From the NCBI RefSeq assembly GCF_002571385.2, contig NW_019217784.1, positions 1,252,785-1,316,784 of the forward strand: a stretch of DNA of 64,000 bases, written 5' to 3'. Below the pieces are notes generated by a model. The model was given only the letters and a program-made list of their open reading frames with translations, searched no databases and was not told the origin of the DNA. Positions 62,001 to 64,000 of the stretch are shown here, piece by piece. Source of the stretch: Stylophora pistillata (Eukaryota). Within the stretch, counting starts at the first letter, position 1, and every line of letters starts with the position of its first letter. A program made the translations under genes and the position numbers.

Positions 62001-63525
62001 TGCAAGTCTGTCATACCACCTTCCACGCGAATCAAAGCAAAATATGCTTTGTTGAAGCAGACTTTCAAGTTGCTTGACAGCTTCATCATACTGTCGCCAC
62101 TTCTGTAACACCTCCACTCCATAATAACACATCTTTGTAATAGCCCACTCTGCAGTAAAGCATCGCAAGTGTTCTGGGAGGAGTGCAGCAGGGGTTTCTG
62201 AACAATCTTTCAGCTTGGCCAGAATAACATCAAATTTCTTTGAAGCTTCTGGATAGTAACTATAGGCTTTTTCAAAGTTCTTATCTTCAAGTGCTACTAG
62301 CATCTCATACTTCCGCTGACATGCTTCAGAAAATTGGATGAGGCCTTCACGAGAGTGGAAAACTGGTGTTGGTCTATCAATCACATATCCTGGATAGACA
62401 ACTTTGCCAATATTAGCAAGGTAGAGCATTGACCTGAAAATCAGATGTACAACACATTGCAAAGCATCAGACAACTTACAGCAAGTATTTAAAATTAACT
62501 GCAACTGGAGCATACTGGTGACAAAAACTCGGGTTTGTGTGACTTAAAGATTTGTTATTTGAACAAAGCAGCCCTGAATAGACCAGTTATGGTTATTCAA
62601 AATTGTAAAAGTTTGGAAGATTGCTAAGTTTTTTCAAGCCCTAATTCAAAAGGAAGGAGCCCCACCAAAATAGGCGAGCAAGAAAAAGAGAAGAGGCTCC
62701 CCTTCTCACCCTGGCTGCTCTCTTACTTAAATATCTACTTGAATCATTCAACCATTTTCTTCATTTTAAAAACTGGTATCAGTTGACATTAACTGTTCAT
62801 TGCATACTTTTGTATGTACTAACAAGAATAGCAAAAGATTCTTACAATTGCTGAGCCTGTCCATTGTTTGAGGTGTCTTCATCATCAGGGCTGACATTCA
62901 TAGTAAACAACAAAAGAAGGCGGCTGAACACATCTTTGGGATGAGCTGCCAGTCTCACACAACAACCAAGGGCCTGCTTAGCCCTGCAAAAACAAATGAA
63001 TGGCAAATCAAACCTTCACAAAAGACAATAAATAAACATACTTTGGCTTTTCACTGCTGCACACCAGCAATTTAGCATGAGAGGTTCCTAATCAGATCAC
63101 TGGACAAGTAAAATGTTGGACAAAAATTGTTAAGATGTAGATCTCACACCTTTACACTTAAACACAGCTTGCTATTAAAAATTGACCATTTACTACAGCT
63201 GTAGTCATCTTTACATCTCCTAAGCAAACTACACAAACATGTACTGGTAAATGAAATAAATGGTATCTGTCATGAATACTCAGTCAACAGCCAGATTCTT
63301 ACAGGTACCTCTTCAAAACCACAGCTTTAAAACTTCCAAGGAGTGTTTTTTGGTGCTCAGCATGGTTAACAATCATTTCTATGGTGTCTTCCTTGGTTCC
63401 ACCCTTCTGACTTACAGATGTTGATGAAATATGAAGAGTTTTCACCAAAAGTTTTAAGTCTGGAGCCGCTGTAAGATTTAATGCCTCCTGGAGATCTGTG
63501 AGATGACTTTCATCTTCTACAAAAC
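59044..63525 (-). CDS. FAN1: Fanconi-associated nuclease 1 (3' portion; 5' exons lie outside the window)
   Basis: Exons encode the SAP-like [26 protein letters not shown]-region [60 protein letters not shown], and the VRR-NUC catalytic motifs GMPDLVVW and [17 protein letters not shown]. The last exon (59078-59044) reads [11 protein letters not shown]. Confidence 0.95.
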
Positions 63526-63736
63526 CTATGAAGCAAAAGAGGGATGATACATCTATGTGTTATTTTCATTTTGAACTTATTTCTTTTGTTTAATTTATGG
63601 GACTGAAAAGAGTGCAGTGGAATCTGCACTCAGTAATGTAACAGGGTGGGAAGTGATAGTAGATAATAGGACATAGGGATGCTACCTGTTCCAGTAGATG
63701 TAAGAGTGCAGTGGAATCTGCACTCAGTAATGTAAN

Positions 63737-64000
63737 AGAGTGGAAAACTGGTGTTGGTCTATCAATCACATATCCTGGATAGACAACTTTGCCAATATTA
63801 GCAAGGTAGAGCATTGACCTGAAAATCAGATGTACAACACATTGCAAAGCATCAGACAACTTACAGCAAGTATTTAAAATTAACTGCAACTGGAGCATAC
63901 TGGTGACAAAAACTCGGGTTTGTGTGACTTAAAGATTTGTTATTTGAACAAAGCAGCCCTGAATAGACCAGTTATGGTTATTCAAAATTGTAAAAGTTTG
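63737..64000 (-). repeat. Apparently identical second copy of 62352-62615 (FAN1 exon start plus intron) following a single N
   Basis: Sequence from agagtggaaaactggtgttgg to aattgtaaaagtttg matches by eye; N at 63736. Confidence 0.9.

Overview
Intron-rich, AT-rich animal genomic DNA; gene content and repeat families suggest a cnidarian, probably a stony coral (inference, not verified). The first ~48.4 kb is a tandem cluster of six DEG/ENaC (ASIC/ENaC/HyNaC superfamily) channel subunit genes: the 3' end of one (+), one inverted complete gene (-) and four complete genes (+). They share a 12-coding-exon plan (14 in the inverted gene). The paralogs fall into distinct pore-sequence classes (DIGGQ...GFS, DLGGS...GMS, DIGGQ...GVS) and differ sharply in the finger-domain loop: polyacidic tracts, furin-type sites in two copies, and new acidic mini-exons in one. 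Downstream, all on the - strand, are a disrupted BHMT pseudogene, a single-exon GT31 beta-1,3-galactosyltransferase-like gene, a two-exon MARCH-type RING-CH E3 ligase and the 3' part of FAN1. Mobile DNA includes a TTAA-flanked Kolobok-type element carrying a spliced P2X7-ballast/KolX-like Cys-rich ORF, several MITEs, tRNA-derived SINEs (one with an internal G-rich minisatellite), three Penelope-type fragments with degenerate hammerhead-ribozyme cores, a LINE 3' fragment and probable Helentron and Crypton remnants. There is one 318-N gap and a probable assembly duplication at the window end. All exon calls were made by hand and family assignments come from motif recognition, not database searches.
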